A DNA stretch of 64,000 nt from Amoebidium appalachense (GCA_963693365.1 CAVNZM010000022.1:1-64000); one strand, 5' to 3'. Positions 1 through 11,036 are shown, numbered from the stretch's first letter. The notes: a model not told the origin generated them from the letters alone. A program made the numbers and translations.

Positions 1-193
1 TTCATACTGACTGCACGGCCACTGCATATTGCCGGCGCCGCGGCTCAGTCGTGAGCCGCAGCCCGCGGCTGTCGCGTGTGATATTGATCTGATCATATGT
101 ACACAATATCTACGTGATCACTATGATATGTACAGTATATTCGTAATAGTAAACATGTACGGCGTGTACAGATGTTTACAGGCATGTAGCCGA

Positions 194-272
194 TGACGTC
201 ATCACTTTCCCGCCTCGGTGGCGGGAAAGTTTTGATTGGCCTTGTGACGTCATTGATACAATCTCATCCAAT
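194..272. promoter_or_regulatory. Eukaryotic Pol II-type promoter: two CRE sites, inverted double E2F-like site, CCAAT boxes
   Basis: TGACGTCA at 194-201 and 245-252; ACTTTCCCGCC(204-214)-5 nt-GGCGGGAAAGT(220-230); ATTGG 235-239; CCAAT 268-272; upstream of ORF 482-1342. Confidence 0.55.
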
Positions 273-481
273 CATTAACTTTTGGATTTGGGCGGAAGTT
301 TTCTACAGGGCTCCATAATACTAACATACGCATTGTGTTACAGACCACAAACCGAGGCACCAAACCTACTGATCACCTACTCACGGCGGATGGTTTCCTT
401 GTTGCTGCTCTCGCGTCTCCAGCCGTGGTCGGCAACACTGTGCGTGTTTGGGTTCTTGGTGTGAAGAATGCCTTTGCCCGC

Positions 482-1342
482 ATGGCTGCTACCAACAAGG
501 ATGAAGCTCTCTCCGCCATGCGCGCCACCCTTGCCGCTGCCGAAGACCGTGCCGCCGCCGCCGTAACCGAGCGCGACCAGGCCATCAACGACAAGGAGGC
601 CGCGGAGGCCGCGCAGGACGAGGCGCTCGCGACCCTCGCTGCCGCCCTTGCCCGCGTGAAGCTCGAGCCGCTGACCCTCCCCAACCGCATGCCGGCGACC
701 GCGGGCGGCACATACACGGACAACCACGCGTTCAAGCGCCTGACGCGCGCGTTCGGGTACCTGTGCGTGGACACGCTGTACGGCGACGGCGTGCGCTGCG
801 TCAGCACGTACACGGGCATGATCATGGCGACGACGGGCGTTTGCTTTGTGTTTCATTCGGGGGAGATCTCCAACATCGTCGCCACCACGGGGCTGCAGAA
901 GGCCATGAAGGAGCGCATCCGGCTGTGGACCGGCGAGGAGCCCCCATACTCGACCGACATGACCACGCAGCAGCTGTACACGTTTATCACCAACTACACG
1001 CGCTGGTATGTCGAGTACTGCAAGGCGCCCGTGCTGCTGCGCCAGTCGACCATCGACAACGCGGCCGGGGGCGCAGCCGAGCACGAGGTGCACGTGGAGA
1101 TGGCGTCGTGGCTGGAGGCCATCAAGGACAAGTTTCCCGACATCGAGCCGCTGGACCTCGGGCACACGGTCAGCATGCACGACCCGCTGGTGAACCGCGG
1201 CGAGCAGCTCAAGGGGCAGACGGTGCTGGACGTGTATGTGCAGCGCGGGCGGCTGGGGCGCAGGCGCAAGGTTGCGCGGCTGGAGAAGCCCGAGGGGCCC
1301 GTGGACGTGTGCATCATCGAGGACAGTGACACGGATGAGTAG
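482..1342 (+). CDS. Hypothetical protein with Ala-rich N-terminal coiled coil and basic C-terminal patch
   Basis: Long GC3-rich ORF; first ATG at 482 (MAATNKDEALS); RRRKVAR near the C-terminus. Confidence 0.75.
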   Translation: MAATNKDEALSAMRATLAAAEDRAAAAVTERDQAINDKEAAEAAQDEALATLAAALARVKLEPLTLPNRMPATAGGTYTDNHAFKRLTRAFGYLCVDTLYGDGVRCVSTYTGMIMATTGVCFVFHSGEISNIVATTGLQKAMKERIRLWTGEEPPYSTDMTTQQLYTFITNYTRWYVEYCKAPVLLRQSTIDNAAGGAAEHEVHVEMASWLEAIKDKFPDIEPLDLGHTVSMHDPLVNRGEQLKGQTVLDVYVQRGRLGRRRKVARLEKPEGPVDVCIIEDSDTDE

Positions 1343-1549
1343 GGGTGTGTGGGGGTTGGGGTGGGGACGGGCTGCGGTTGAACAGAGGTGGTGCGACCAA
1401 GAACAAGCTCTGGCAGCTTGTTGGTGAATAAACAAACTGTCGATGTATTTGTAGTCAGGGAGGGATCGGGACCGGGGTCTCGACTTCCCCCACAGCCCAT
1501 TCCTTGCTTTTCTGGTACTTTTCTAACAATTCTTTTTGGTGCCCTTTTC

Positions 1550-1591
<42 letters not shown>

Positions 1592-1719
1592 TGTCGTCAG
1601 TCCATTCTGATTGGCCATCGATCCGGTCTGGGGGGACGGGGCGCGGGGTTTGGGGGGAGGGACAGAGTCTTAGTAAACAGACTCAAATGGACCATGTTTA
1701 TCTGGCGGCACTGCCGCGG

Positions 1720-2514
1720 TCACGCAAACAGACACGGGGCCAGCCGATGGTACCACTGGGCCGAGTGGCGGTTGCGCACGCCCTCCTTGAACCATGCGCG
1801 GCCCGCGATGGCCGCGATGGCGGGGCCGTCCGCGTTGGCGCCCAGCCGCCCCCCAAACGCGATCCACGGCTCGTGGTCGAGGTCGCGCAGCACCGTTGGG
1901 GCCCATGTCTTGTGTGGCGCGGTGCGGTCGTTGGCCAGGCCCATGACGCGCAGCCACACGCCCGGGCGCGGGTACATGGCATGCGAGCCTTTTGCACAGA
2001 ACACCACAGGGCGCCCGTCCGAGTTTTTCTCGACGTCGACGAACCACTGCCACTTCCCTTCGACGTCGCCGTGCGCGCTGAAGTACGCGCGCGCGGGGGT
2101 GCTCGCGCCGGCCGGGAATACCAGGTTGACAAACTCGACGTCCGCGTGGTGCCAGCCGAGGTTGAGGGGCGTGTACCCGTTGTTGTACACGAAGAAGTAC
2201 ACGAACATGAGGTGCAGCTCCCCGTCCGCGACGCGGGCACAGTAGTACACCGGGGCGTCGTCGGCGGGCCCCTGCTCTGGCGGCAGTTCGTGGCCGTCGA
2301 TCGGTCTGAGATAGAAGTTGTGGTCGGTGACGCCCCCCACCTGATGCGGGCTGGGCGCGGGCACGCGGAACAGCGCGTCGTCGGCCTTGAGCAGGGTGCA
2401 CGCGGCGAAGTATGCTTCGATGTGTGTGGGAAAGTGCGTTTCGCGATTGTGAAAGTGTAACACCGGGTTGAACCGGGCAGCAAGTGCCTGTACGTCCCAG
2501 TCCTTCGCGTCCAT
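1720..2514 (-). CDS. Vps62/DUF946-like protein
   Basis: LAARFNPVLHFH..E.HFP, YFFVYNNG, HHADVE, AYFSAHG and GRPVVFCAKGSHAMYP match the Vps62 family pattern. Confidence 0.75.
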   Translation of the reverse strand: MDAKDWDVQALAARFNPVLHFHNRETHFPTHIEAYFAACTLLKADDALFRVPAPSPHQVGGVTDHNFYLRPIDGHELPPEQGPADDAPVYYCARVADGELHLMFVYFFVYNNGYTPLNLGWHHADVEFVNLVFPAGASTPARAYFSAHGDVEGKWQWFVDVEKNSDGRPVVFCAKGSHAMYPRPGVWLRVMGLANDRTAPHKTWAPTVLRDLDHEPWIAFGGRLGANADGPAIAAIAGRAWFKEGVRNRHSAQWYHRLAPCLFA

Positions 2515-2516
2515 GC

Positions 2517-3026
2517 TTATGGACGGGAAAAACGCACGGCGTGTACCATGGTGCGTGCTATTGAAGCCGGAGCACGCACCTCGTGCATGTCGATGGCCAT
2601 CTTGCTGGTGGTGGCCCCGTTGTAGCTGTCGCAGATGTCGATGACATCCGCCAGCACCGTGTAGTCGCCCGTGAACATGCGCGAGAGCAGTGCGTCCGTG
2701 TGCACGGCAAAGTCGGTGGAGACGTAGCGGGCAAGCGCAGGGAACAGTGCGATGTGCACGAAGGTGCCGCGCAGCGCCAGGTCCCCGGACTTTTTCTTGG
2801 CATTCGAATCATCAATGACGTCATCGATGCGCAGTGGACCAATGGGAGGAATGTTGGGAATTCCCAACTTTCCTTTGATTGGTCCATTGATCTTATCCAG
2901 CACCCTACCAACCAAACCAAAATTTGCGTCTTTCCACCAGGTGATTTTTTTCTCCGCCCCATCCCCCGCCTTCTCGGTGTTGTACTCACGCCCCACGTGG
3001 CACAGCATGGTCCCGTTGAAGTCCAG
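2517..3026 (-). pseudogene. 5'-truncated KilA-N domain gene fragment
   Basis: DFNGTMLC...ITWW...LRGTFVHIALFPALARYVSTDFAV is KilA-N-like; no start codon upstream of the domain; flanked by a 25-bp direct repeat. Confidence 0.65.
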
Positions 3027-3051
3027 GGTGCGTGCTATTGAAGCCGGAGCA
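2550..3051. repeat. 25-bp direct repeat GGTGCGTGCTATTGAAGCCGGAGCA flanking the KilA-N fragment
   Basis: Identical copies at 2550-2574 and 3027-3051; the repeat contains the last codons and stop of the penton-like gene. Confidence 0.9.
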
Positions 3052-3343
3052 TGACGGTGTACTCGCCGTGGATGGGCGTGCCGTGCTCGTCCTCCATCTG
3101 CACGCCGATGTTGTTGATCGCCCCGTAGGGCATGAGCGAAACAAACACGGGTGTGTTGGGCTCGTACAGGTCGTTCGTGGCTTTGTCCGAGGGGATGACC
3201 GCCAGTGGGCGCTGTCCGGCCGCCTGCCCGATGACCCGGGCGTTGTTCACGATCAGATACACGAAGAGGCGGCGCGGAGACGACGCGTCTTTGGTGTAGG
3301 GGATTCCGTGCATCATGCCCGTGGCGTAGCCGTACGGCCCCGG

Positions 3344-4333
3344 TGTTGGAAGTAGAGTCCGCTGTGACTAGGGTCGTCGTGGCGCGCTTGGGCGCTGACC
3401 CGTTTTTTACTGCTTTCAGTGTGTTAACTCCATGACTGAACTCCATTTCTGCACTCCATGACTGAACTCCATGACTGAACTCCATTTCTGCACCTGGCAG
3501 AGCCGTGGCTTATATACCCGTGGGGCAGCAGTCTGGAATGTATCCGGATGCCAGGCGCTAATCGGATGGTTACTTCATAGAGATCTCTGGGAAGTGAACC
3601 AATCGTTGCAGTCAAAACACAATGGCAACATTCCTCAACTATGCAGATGTGCATGTGGTGATGAGTGTAGGTGTGTCTGTGTACAGGAACCAATAAGTAA
3701 CATACACATATGTGGAGTGAGCGAAGTCTGCACTCCAACACCCCTACCCAATGGAGAAGTGTACACACCACTAGAGAGAGAGAGTGAGTGTGGCGCTGCA
3801 GGGTAGACCGGTGTGCATCCACTGTGGTGCGTGCCCCGCCAAGAAGGGAATGACGTTCACATGATGTCGCAGGCTGCTGCGGATGGAGTTGTGGAAGCGA
3901 AAGTCTCTACTTCACGGAAATACGCTCGCGGGGAGGGTACAGCCTAGAAGTCGGTTTCTGGCTCCTCCGTTCAAGGCGTCGTAGGGGACGTGAAGTAGAG
4001 GCGCGGTGTCGTGTCTGGGCCCATAACCCTGTTTTCAGTGTGTTAACTCCAGGCTGAACTCCAGAAACTCCATGACTGAACTCCATTCTGCACCTGGCAG
4101 AGCGTGGTTTATATACCGTGGGGCAGCAGTTGGAATGTAATCGGATGCCAGGCGCTATGGATTACAAGAGAGGGACAGTGAACCAACGTGCAGTCAAAAC
4201 ACAATGGCAACATTCCTCAACTATGCAGATGTGCATGTGGTGATCGAGTGTCAGCGTGTGTCTGTGTACACGGAACCAATTGTAAAGCTAACATACACAT
4301 ATTGTGGAGTGAGCGTAAGTCTGCACTCCAACA
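3344..4333 (-). mobile_element. Non-autonomous Ty1/copia-type LTR element (TRIM-like) with 5-bp TSD CCCGG
   Basis: Imperfect LTR pair 3411-3740 and 4030-4333 (TG...CA on the minus strand); copia-type PBS GGTTATGGGCCCAG at 4028-4015; PPT GGGTAGGGG at 3749-3741; CCCGG at 3339-3343 and 4334-4338. Confidence 0.85.
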
Positions 4334-4674
4334 CCCGGGAAGGTCGCGGCAAACATGTCCAGCAGGCTGGGTCCGCATGCGCTTGGGTCGTAGCTGGTGA
4401 GCCCGTTGCGAAAGCCGAGCGAACGGGCGGCGGAGCCGGACAGCGTGAACCTTGCACAGCGGATGCCCGCGATGACGGCCACCGCGAAGCGGTACACCGC
4501 CTGGAGGTTCGAGAACGACGGGACGACGGCCACGGAGAGTCTTGGGCCAATGGTGCGTGCGTAGTGCATCGGGTTCCCGATGACGCCATTGATAATGTCC
4601 AGCCAATCGGCCGCGGTCGTTGGCTTCGTGTGGGGGAATGCGGATACGTACATGCTGGCCAGATCGAACACACA

Positions 4675-4762
4675 CGGCGGAATGTTGTCGTACACCGAGA
4701 GGCCCGCGAACGTGTCCCGAGACACGTTCGCGGGCCTCTCGGTGTGCGACAACATTCCGCCG
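4675..4762. repeat. 88-bp palindrome (42-bp arms, 1 mismatch, 4-nt loop) inside the penton-like CDS
   Basis: Arm 4675-4716 is the reverse complement of 4721-4762 except at one position; both strands translate to nearly the same peptide. Confidence 0.95.
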
Positions 4763-6359
4763 ATCTCGCGTGCGATGTCTTCGGTGCAGCGCACCTTGAA
4801 GTGATATAAATTGCCGTCTCCGCCCGGCCTGGATTGCAGGCGCCAGTCCGCCCAGGCGTGACTGTATGGCACGAGCTGTTCCGGAACGACGGGTGTGGTG
4901 GCCACGGGTGGGATCTTTTTGGACCCGTTCGCCAGGGCGGCGGCCCCGTCCGTGTATATGCTCGTGGCGTCCGCTGTGTAGACTCTCCTGAGGGGACCTG
5001 CCGAAGGGTCTATTTCCGTTTCCGGCTCGACCGAGGCTCTGTCAAACACGACGACACGAACGGAGAAGTTCTCGCCAATCGCATACACAGCGATACGAAG
5101 CGAGTAGGACGGCTGTCCCTTGCAGACCTTTTCGGCGGCGGTGAAGATGTTGCACAGCACCTTGGCCGGCCAGGTCATGGCGTCGGTGGTTGTGTCCACT
5201 GTCAAATCGAGGGTATACCATTCGTCGTACAAGGGAAACCCCCCTTCCGCACCCGTGTGTAGTGTTGGGGGGGCGTATGATGTCAGCGGTAGTTCGGGGG
5301 TCTTGTAGGGTATGACCAGCGTTCGCGTGTGCCCCCCTGTGAAGATGACCTCGCCGGGTCCCAGTCGGTCGATAGGCACCGAGGCGACGAGTGCGACCCC
5401 CGGGCGGATTGCCGCGTCCAGTACAAAGAGTACACAACCCACCACACGCATGCGGCCTATTTTTTCTGCGAGACTGTACGGCCCCGTGTACTCTATTTCC
5501 AGTTTGTATGATGGGTTGACGATGGCGATCCCCCTTGCAAGTGATAACGGCGGGTACGCAAGACACACCCCGCCCGCAAACGCGCCCAGTGGCTGTGGAC
5601 GTGGCTTGTTCAGTTTCTCCTCCAACGTCTTTGCCAGATCGGCAATGGTGTAGATACCGTGCGGTATCTTCAGCGCGAGGCTGTCCTGGATGTCGCCTAT
5701 CTCGACACCCACGTGCAACGAGTCCGTCGCGGGCCCGATTGTGCACATAGAGTGGATGGTAAAGTGCTCGAGGCTACAAGACCTCTTTGTCCCGGTTATG
5801 ACGTCCTGTGTGACCTGCGATCCAGGTTGACCCGCGTTGCACAGCGCGACGCTTTCGTATGTCGAAGGCGGCGGAGGCTTCTTCCTGGCCGCAGCGGGTC
5901 GCCTGAGGAGGGCCAGCTCGCGCTCGATGTTCTGTGTGGCAATACTCATGGTTGTTACTCAAGAACATAATTGTGTCTTGCCCCTCGCAGGCACTTTACA
6001 TCGGGCGATCCTGTGGGTTGAGGAGTACCGAGACTGTGGCCGCAACCAACGGCCCAACCGCCGGGTCCCAGTATGCGCCCGTCTTGGTGATGACCTCCCC
6101 GTTCTCGGTTGTCCAATCCACTGGCACGGACTGCAGGTAAAACTCTATCTCTGCGGGCCAATGATTGTCGGTGGGGGTGGCGAGCTCCATGGCATGCAGC
6201 CGACAAAAAATTCTGCCCTTACCGGCGACGCGGACCTCATTGCGGACACGGTGACGTCAATGGCCGCCGAGCTCAGGTATGGGCACCGACCGCGTTCCAC
6301 TGCACCGCGGAATGCGCTCGCCGGGTATCCGCGAAAGTATTTTGGGGCTTCATACCACT

Positions 6360-6563
6360 ATGGATAGGAATGATCGGTTGATGCGGATGGTGCTATTCGC
6401 GGCCCTGGGATTTCTGTTGTGGCGCGAAGTCAGTGAAACGGAGGACGACACATTTTGGGTGGCGGACGCGGAGACGACGTCGTCGTCATCGCCCATCGTG
6501 GACGAGTCGAGCGGGCGACCGGTGCTGTTCCAGACCTACCGCTACCAACCGGCGGCTATATAA
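6360..6563 (+). CDS. Small single-pass membrane protein
   Basis: MDRNDRLMRMVLFAALGFLLWR hydrophobic helix followed by an acidic tail. Confidence 0.5.
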   Translation: MDRNDRLMRMVLFAALGFLLWREVSETEDDTFWVADAETTSSSSPIVDESSGRPVLFQTYRYQPAAI

Positions 6564-6623
6564 GCGGATGTGCCTCGCTGGAATCCGCAGACCGCGACCG
6601 CGAATGCACAGAACATCGATAAC

Positions 6624-7022
6624 ATGGCGACCAATTGCAACGCGTGTGGCCTTGCCGCGTCAACCTGCTCTGCGCAAGCACACGCCCCCCAGCCCACTCT
6701 TAACGTGCCCGGCTGTCCACTGTTCGAGCTGTCCCAACTACCACCGCTTCCCGACCTGCCGGCCCTTCCCGCCCTTTCGCCCCCACCCCCTGTTCCCCAA
6801 CTTTCGGGTTGGGGCGACATGGGGTTGTCCAACTACCGTGACTACAAGGAGTCACTCGAGATTCTCTACCGCATCATGCAGCTCCAGCAACGCGTACACC
6901 CCAGCAACCCCGCCAAGCGCGAGCCGGCCGACAGCCCCGGCCCGAAAAAGCGCCCGGCCCGACGGGTCAAACTGACCGAGCCCGCGGCCGATGTGCACGG
7001 CAATGTCGGTTCGCTAGTATGA
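6624..7022 (+). CDS. Pro-rich hypothetical protein with NLS-like motif
   Basis: ATG at 6624; PKKRPARR near the C-terminus. Confidence 0.5.
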   Translation: MATNCNACGLAASTCSAQAHAPQPTLNVPGCPLFELSQLPPLPDLPALPALSPPPPVPQLSGWGDMGLSNYRDYKESLEILYRIMQLQQRVHPSNPAKREPADSPGPKKRPARRVKLTEPAADVHGNVGSLV

Positions 7023-7110
7023 TGTCCGTCACGGACGAGACTTTTATTGTGGTGGACTGCTCTGCAGATATAGTTGACCTATATTTGATGGATACAAACT
7101 AAAAATACTA

Positions 7111-7460
7111 AGACGGTTATGGAAGATACAAAGAATTAGAGATGGTTAAGGAACTTAAGTACACGGTTATGGAAGATACAAAGAATTAGAGATGGTTATG
7201 GAACATAAGTACACGGTTATGGAAGATACAAAGAATTAGAGATGGTTAAGGAACTTAAGTACACGGTTATGGAAGATACAAAGAATTAGACATGGTTATG
7301 GAACTTAAGTACACGGTTATGGAAGATACAAAGAATTAGACATGGTTATGGAACTTAAGTACACGGTTATGGAAGATACAAAGAATTAGAGATGGTTAAG
7401 GAACTTAAGTACACGGTTATGGAAGATACAAAGAATTAGACATGGTTATGGAACTTAAGT
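7111..7460. repeat. Tandem array, 7 x 50 bp
   Basis: Unit ACACGGTTATGGAAGATACAAAGAATTAGA(G/C)ATGGTTA(A/T)GGAACTTAAGT, between convergent genes. Confidence 0.95.
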
Positions 7461-7534
7461 GAGGAATAAAAGAACATTATCCATGTGAAGAAGATGGTTA
7501 TGGAAATTAAGTCCACGAGGCGAATAAAAGAACA

Positions 7535-8511
7535 TTATCCCTGTGAAGACTGTACGTCCGTTGAGACTCCGTATGTCATCCAGCAGTTGCATTGTGCGTA
7601 CCCGTCGTATGTGTTGTTGCACAGAGGGCACGTAAACATGCTCACGGATGTGTTGTAGAAAATCGGGCTGCCATCGTAGGTCACGGCGAACGCGTCGGTA
7701 TCCTCGAGTACAAACTGCCCCTGAAAATCGACTGGTGTTAAAGGGACGTGGGTTGTGATGGTGGTGTCCGCCGTTTGCTGGTAGGGTATGGTGGGTAGCT
7801 GTGGGAGTTCGTTTGTCGGGTACACGAACCCGCCTGTGTTGGTGTGGGGGGGCGCCGACTGCGGTGGTGTGGGCGGGAACGGCGATAATGGTTCAGGGCA
7901 GGTGGCCGTATCACGAATAGGCTGGAAAGTGAGTGGCGGAAGCTTTTCGAGGTAGCCAAAGTCGATGGGCATGCTGGTCTTGGCAAGAATATTCTTGTGG
8001 GGGTTCGCCGCGGCGGCTCGTCTGACGGCTTGTTCGAATGTGTTTTTTCTTTCCGGTGTCATCGTCACCTTGTATGCCACGGAGAGGTCATAGACAAACC
8101 GAAACACTTCAGAGTGCTGGTGGTAGTTGGGGCGATCCGATTTGTTAGTGTTCATCACGACATTGGGGCTATGCATCAGTGCGAAGGCCACCGTGATGTC
8201 CGTGAGCGTGGCGTCAAAGTGTTCTTGCGGAACGGATCCTTGTGTAGGCTCAAACACATCACCAAACATGGGCGACTGACCTCCCTGTAGCCCATGAAGC
8301 AGCTAAGGTCATGAGGGCTGCATGTCTCATCTGGGCCCCCGCATATGACCGCCTTGACGATGCGGACAAACGACCATATGTCTACCTTGCCGCTGGCGAA
8401 AGACTTCTGTGCATGCGATGGCACCTTGGGGAGTTTCAGTTTCTTTGCCTCCGTCGGAGTAACGTCCACCGTTTTCCATAGTGCGGGTGTGACGATGTCT
8501 TTCTTGGTCAT
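7535..8511 (-). CDS. Hypothetical protein, probably one gene split by a frameshift near 8270; C-terminal Cys motif
   Basis: ORFs 8176-8511 and 7535-8269 overlap in different frames; ends with CPLCNNTYDGYAQCNC. Confidence 0.5.
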
Positions 8512-8986
8512 GGTGTCTACTGCTGAGAATTACGGCATGCGGCACCATGTTTTCTGCCATTCCATTGCACTGTACCTTTTATAGTCGCATGGATGCTGTT
8601 GTGCGGTGCAGCATCTCAAGCCCTGCCAAATAAGGCCATGCTGGGAGATTCGATTGGACCTGCCGAAGCTTCTAATCCGCTATTGGATGACATACCGAGC
8701 GAGCACCCGATCCCATTAGACAAAAGTCATCGAGGAGCCTCAGACCAATCTCTAACATAAAATGGGCTCACCTACATGCCTGTGTGATTAAGCAATTAGG
8801 CAGTTCTTATAGCCACGGGATGAAATTCGACAATTTATAGCAATAAGAAAACGCTTTCAGTTTTGTCGATTTTTTGGTTCGGTGTAGTCGTTTTTTTAAT
8901 GCGTGCTTTGTGGTACAACACGCGATGTTTCGGATAGAACAGGGCACATGCTGGTATGCCATCAGGTTGAGGAAAGCTTCGTTGTG

Positions 8987-9157
8987 CGTGCGCCCTACAA
9001 TGTACGTGCCCTACTATGCCCCACGTAATTTCCAGGAATGTAACGTGCGCCCTACGATGTACGTGCCCTACTATGCCCAACGTAATTTCCAGGAATGTAA
9101 CGTTGCGCCCTACTATGCCCCACGTAATTTCCCGGAATGTAACGCTTCCAGGAATGT
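8987..9157. repeat. Tandem repeat, about 57-bp unit, 2 full plus partial copies
   Basis: CGTGCGCCCTAC...CGTAATTTCCAGGAATGTAA recurs at 8987, 9044 and partly at about 9101. Confidence 0.85.
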
Positions 9158-9490
9158 TGTCGCGGTACAACGATGAAGAACTGCCTTCGCCCTGTTGTAT
9201 TCTGTTGTGTTATTTCTGTCGAAAGTCTGTTTTTCGATCGATCGCCATTGGATGACAGTTTTGTGCATTCTGGTGCCAAGGCGCTTGTTCATTGGACATA
9301 CCCTTTCATAGCCAATCAATCGCGTACTCGAATGTTCTGCCTCGTTTGTAGACAAGCCGTCACACGCGGTCCTGTCATCATATTCCCGTTTTCGGTATCG
9401 CAGGTGTTGTTTCGACACGATCCGTCATTTCATTTGTATACGTTTTCGTTTTCTTTTTTGGGGGGGGGGTTAGTGTGTGCTGCGGAAGCG

Positions 9491-10042
9491 ATGGACATGT
9501 ACGATGCTTTCTATGATGTATCTAGGTATGCTTCGAATCACCACGCCGTGGGCCTTTGTGGTTTGCCGGGGTTTATAGATGTAGTTCAGGTTGACTATGT
9601 GTCGCATATACCAACTCTACCGGGTATATCGGTGCATCTCGTGGAAAGGGGCGGAGTCTGGCAGCTCAGAGAGACACTCACGACGGGGGCAACAAAACAT
9701 ATCGATAACGTTACCCCTCGAGACTTTCTTCCTTTGTACCCCGAATTCTACCGCCCGATAGGGGCATATTTGCATGTGCTCTCTTGTTGTGGCGTCAGGC
9801 TCTTGCGGCAGGCCTTGAATTTCGACGACGGTATGTACATCTGTGGCTTTGGGTCTGTGGCCCTCGGCCATGATCGCCTTTTGGGGTGTATTTTGAACGT
9901 GGCCGACGCCAAGTACGTTGATTGGGATCAAACGGGGCTATTTACGAGAAATGGTCGTTTCTATTCAATAGACGAGATTTGCGACACGGCCGAGTCCTTG
10001 GGTGATCTATATGTATATTTAGAGTTTTGGTTTACTCTGTAG
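9491..10042 (+). CDS. Hypothetical protein
   Basis: Open frame from ATG 9491 (MDMYDAF); no recognisable motif. Confidence 0.55.
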   Translation: MDMYDAFYDVSRYASNHHAVGLCGLPGFIDVVQVDYVSHIPTLPGISVHLVERGGVWQLRETLTTGATKHIDNVTPRDFLPLYPEFYRPIGAYLHVLSCCGVRLLRQALNFDDGMYICGFGSVALGHDRLLGCILNVADAKYVDWDQTGLFTRNGRFYSIDEICDTAESLGDLYVYLEFWFTL

Positions 10043-10175
10043 TGATTTGATTGGTTTGTGACTCGTGAGCCACTTTGGCTGGGTTGTACAATTGCAAGTG
10101 TTGGGCTGTGATTGCGTCACCAGGGACGCTGTAAAAAAGGCACAACCCGCAGTGCAAGAGGTGATAACATCAAGT

Positions 10176-11036
10176 ATGCAGCTTCACGATTTTGATCACC
10201 CCATGGCCCTACCATTGCGGTATTCGCTTTCTCGCCCCACCGCGACCACCCCGACCGGCGCAATGACATTCGATGTGTTTTGGCAACATTTGGTCGAGCT
10301 GACTGAAGATGCGCTCTGGTGTCATACCGAGGTGGCTATGTGGAAGTGCGTGGCGCGAGCAGAAACGAGTTGGGCCACCGGTCTTACGCCGACAGGCGGT
10401 GCGGAGTTGTGCAGAGTGCTGGGGTTGCCCACTGATATCGCTGAGACGGCCCTGGGCGAACTAAGCAAACGACTGGCTCCGAAGGCCGGTGACGTCCTCG
10501 AGGCGTTCCGTGTGATTATGAGCTGTGAGTATTGGCTGTGTGTGGGGCGTTGGGTGCTGACTGCGGCTAATAACGACCCCTGCCCCGCCGAGCTTGTTGA
10601 CATATTGGGAGTATCGGGGTATCGCGGATTTTTTTCATGGGGTGATGCAATCGAGCAGTTTGGATCGTTGGGCTCTTCCGCGTCTGTAGCACACCGACTC
10701 ACCGAATACCTGCTCGTTTGCCAAAACAGTGCCTGGATTGGGTTCGCACCGGTCGGTGATGCCGCGATCGTGGAGGCCTTGTATAGGCTCCACTGGAGTC
10801 TGTCGGCTACATTTCGGAGTGGTAGGGAGTCCGTGTTTGTTGATTTTTTCGCCGAGTATCGGGTGAAGACGCGGGCGGTCATATCTACCATCTGTAGGGG
10901 GCTGGATGATTGTATAGAGACATCTATGAGGAAATCACTATTGCGTGCACTTGGAGCGGTAATAGCGGACAACCGCACCACCCTTCTTCTTAGATCCTAT
11001 TTGGTCGTGGTTCGAAAATGTGTGCTGCCTAAGTAG
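10176..11036 (+). CDS. Hypothetical helical protein
   Basis: Long ORF whose stop directly abuts the RGS start codon (TAGATG). Confidence 0.6.
   Translation: MQLHDFDHPMALPLRYSLSRPTATTPTGAMTFDVFWQHLVELTEDALWCHTEVAMWKCVARAETSWATGLTPTGGAELCRVLGLPTDIAETALGELSKRLAPKAGDVLEAFRVIMSCEYWLCVGRWVLTAANNDPCPAELVDILGVSGYRGFFSWGDAIEQFGSLGSSASVAHRLTEYLLVCQNSAWIGFAPVGDAAIVEALYRLHWSLSATFRSGRESVFVDFFAEYRVKTRAVISTICRGLDDCIETSMRKSLLRALGAVIADNRTTLLLRSYLVVVRKCVLPK

Larger units (their letters stand above)
3035..5949 (-). pseudogene. Penton/minor capsid protein-like gene (about 639 aa reconstructed), interrupted by an LTR element
   Basis: N-part has LKIPHGIYTIADLAKTLEEKLN and AARSLGF; C-part has LAVIP...INNIGVQMEDEHGTPI..EYTVMLRLQ. 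Removing 3344-4333 plus one CCCGG copy joins the parts in frame (..AATFPG-PYGYATGMMH..). Confidence 0.75.

Noticed and set aside
1552-1589. 38-nt poly-G and the poly-Gly ORFs across it
   Set aside because: Homopolymer between convergent genes; its length is likely unreliable and the ORFs are antisense to the Vps62-like gene.
2517-3485. 322-aa ORF as a single gene
   Set aside because: Chimeric: it starts in the LTR, crosses the penton 3' end out of frame and then enters the KilA-N fragment.
3344-4333. Spliceosomal intron in the penton-like gene
   Set aside because: The TSD, LTR pair, PBS and PPT explain the insertion, and its ends are TG...CA rather than GT...AG.
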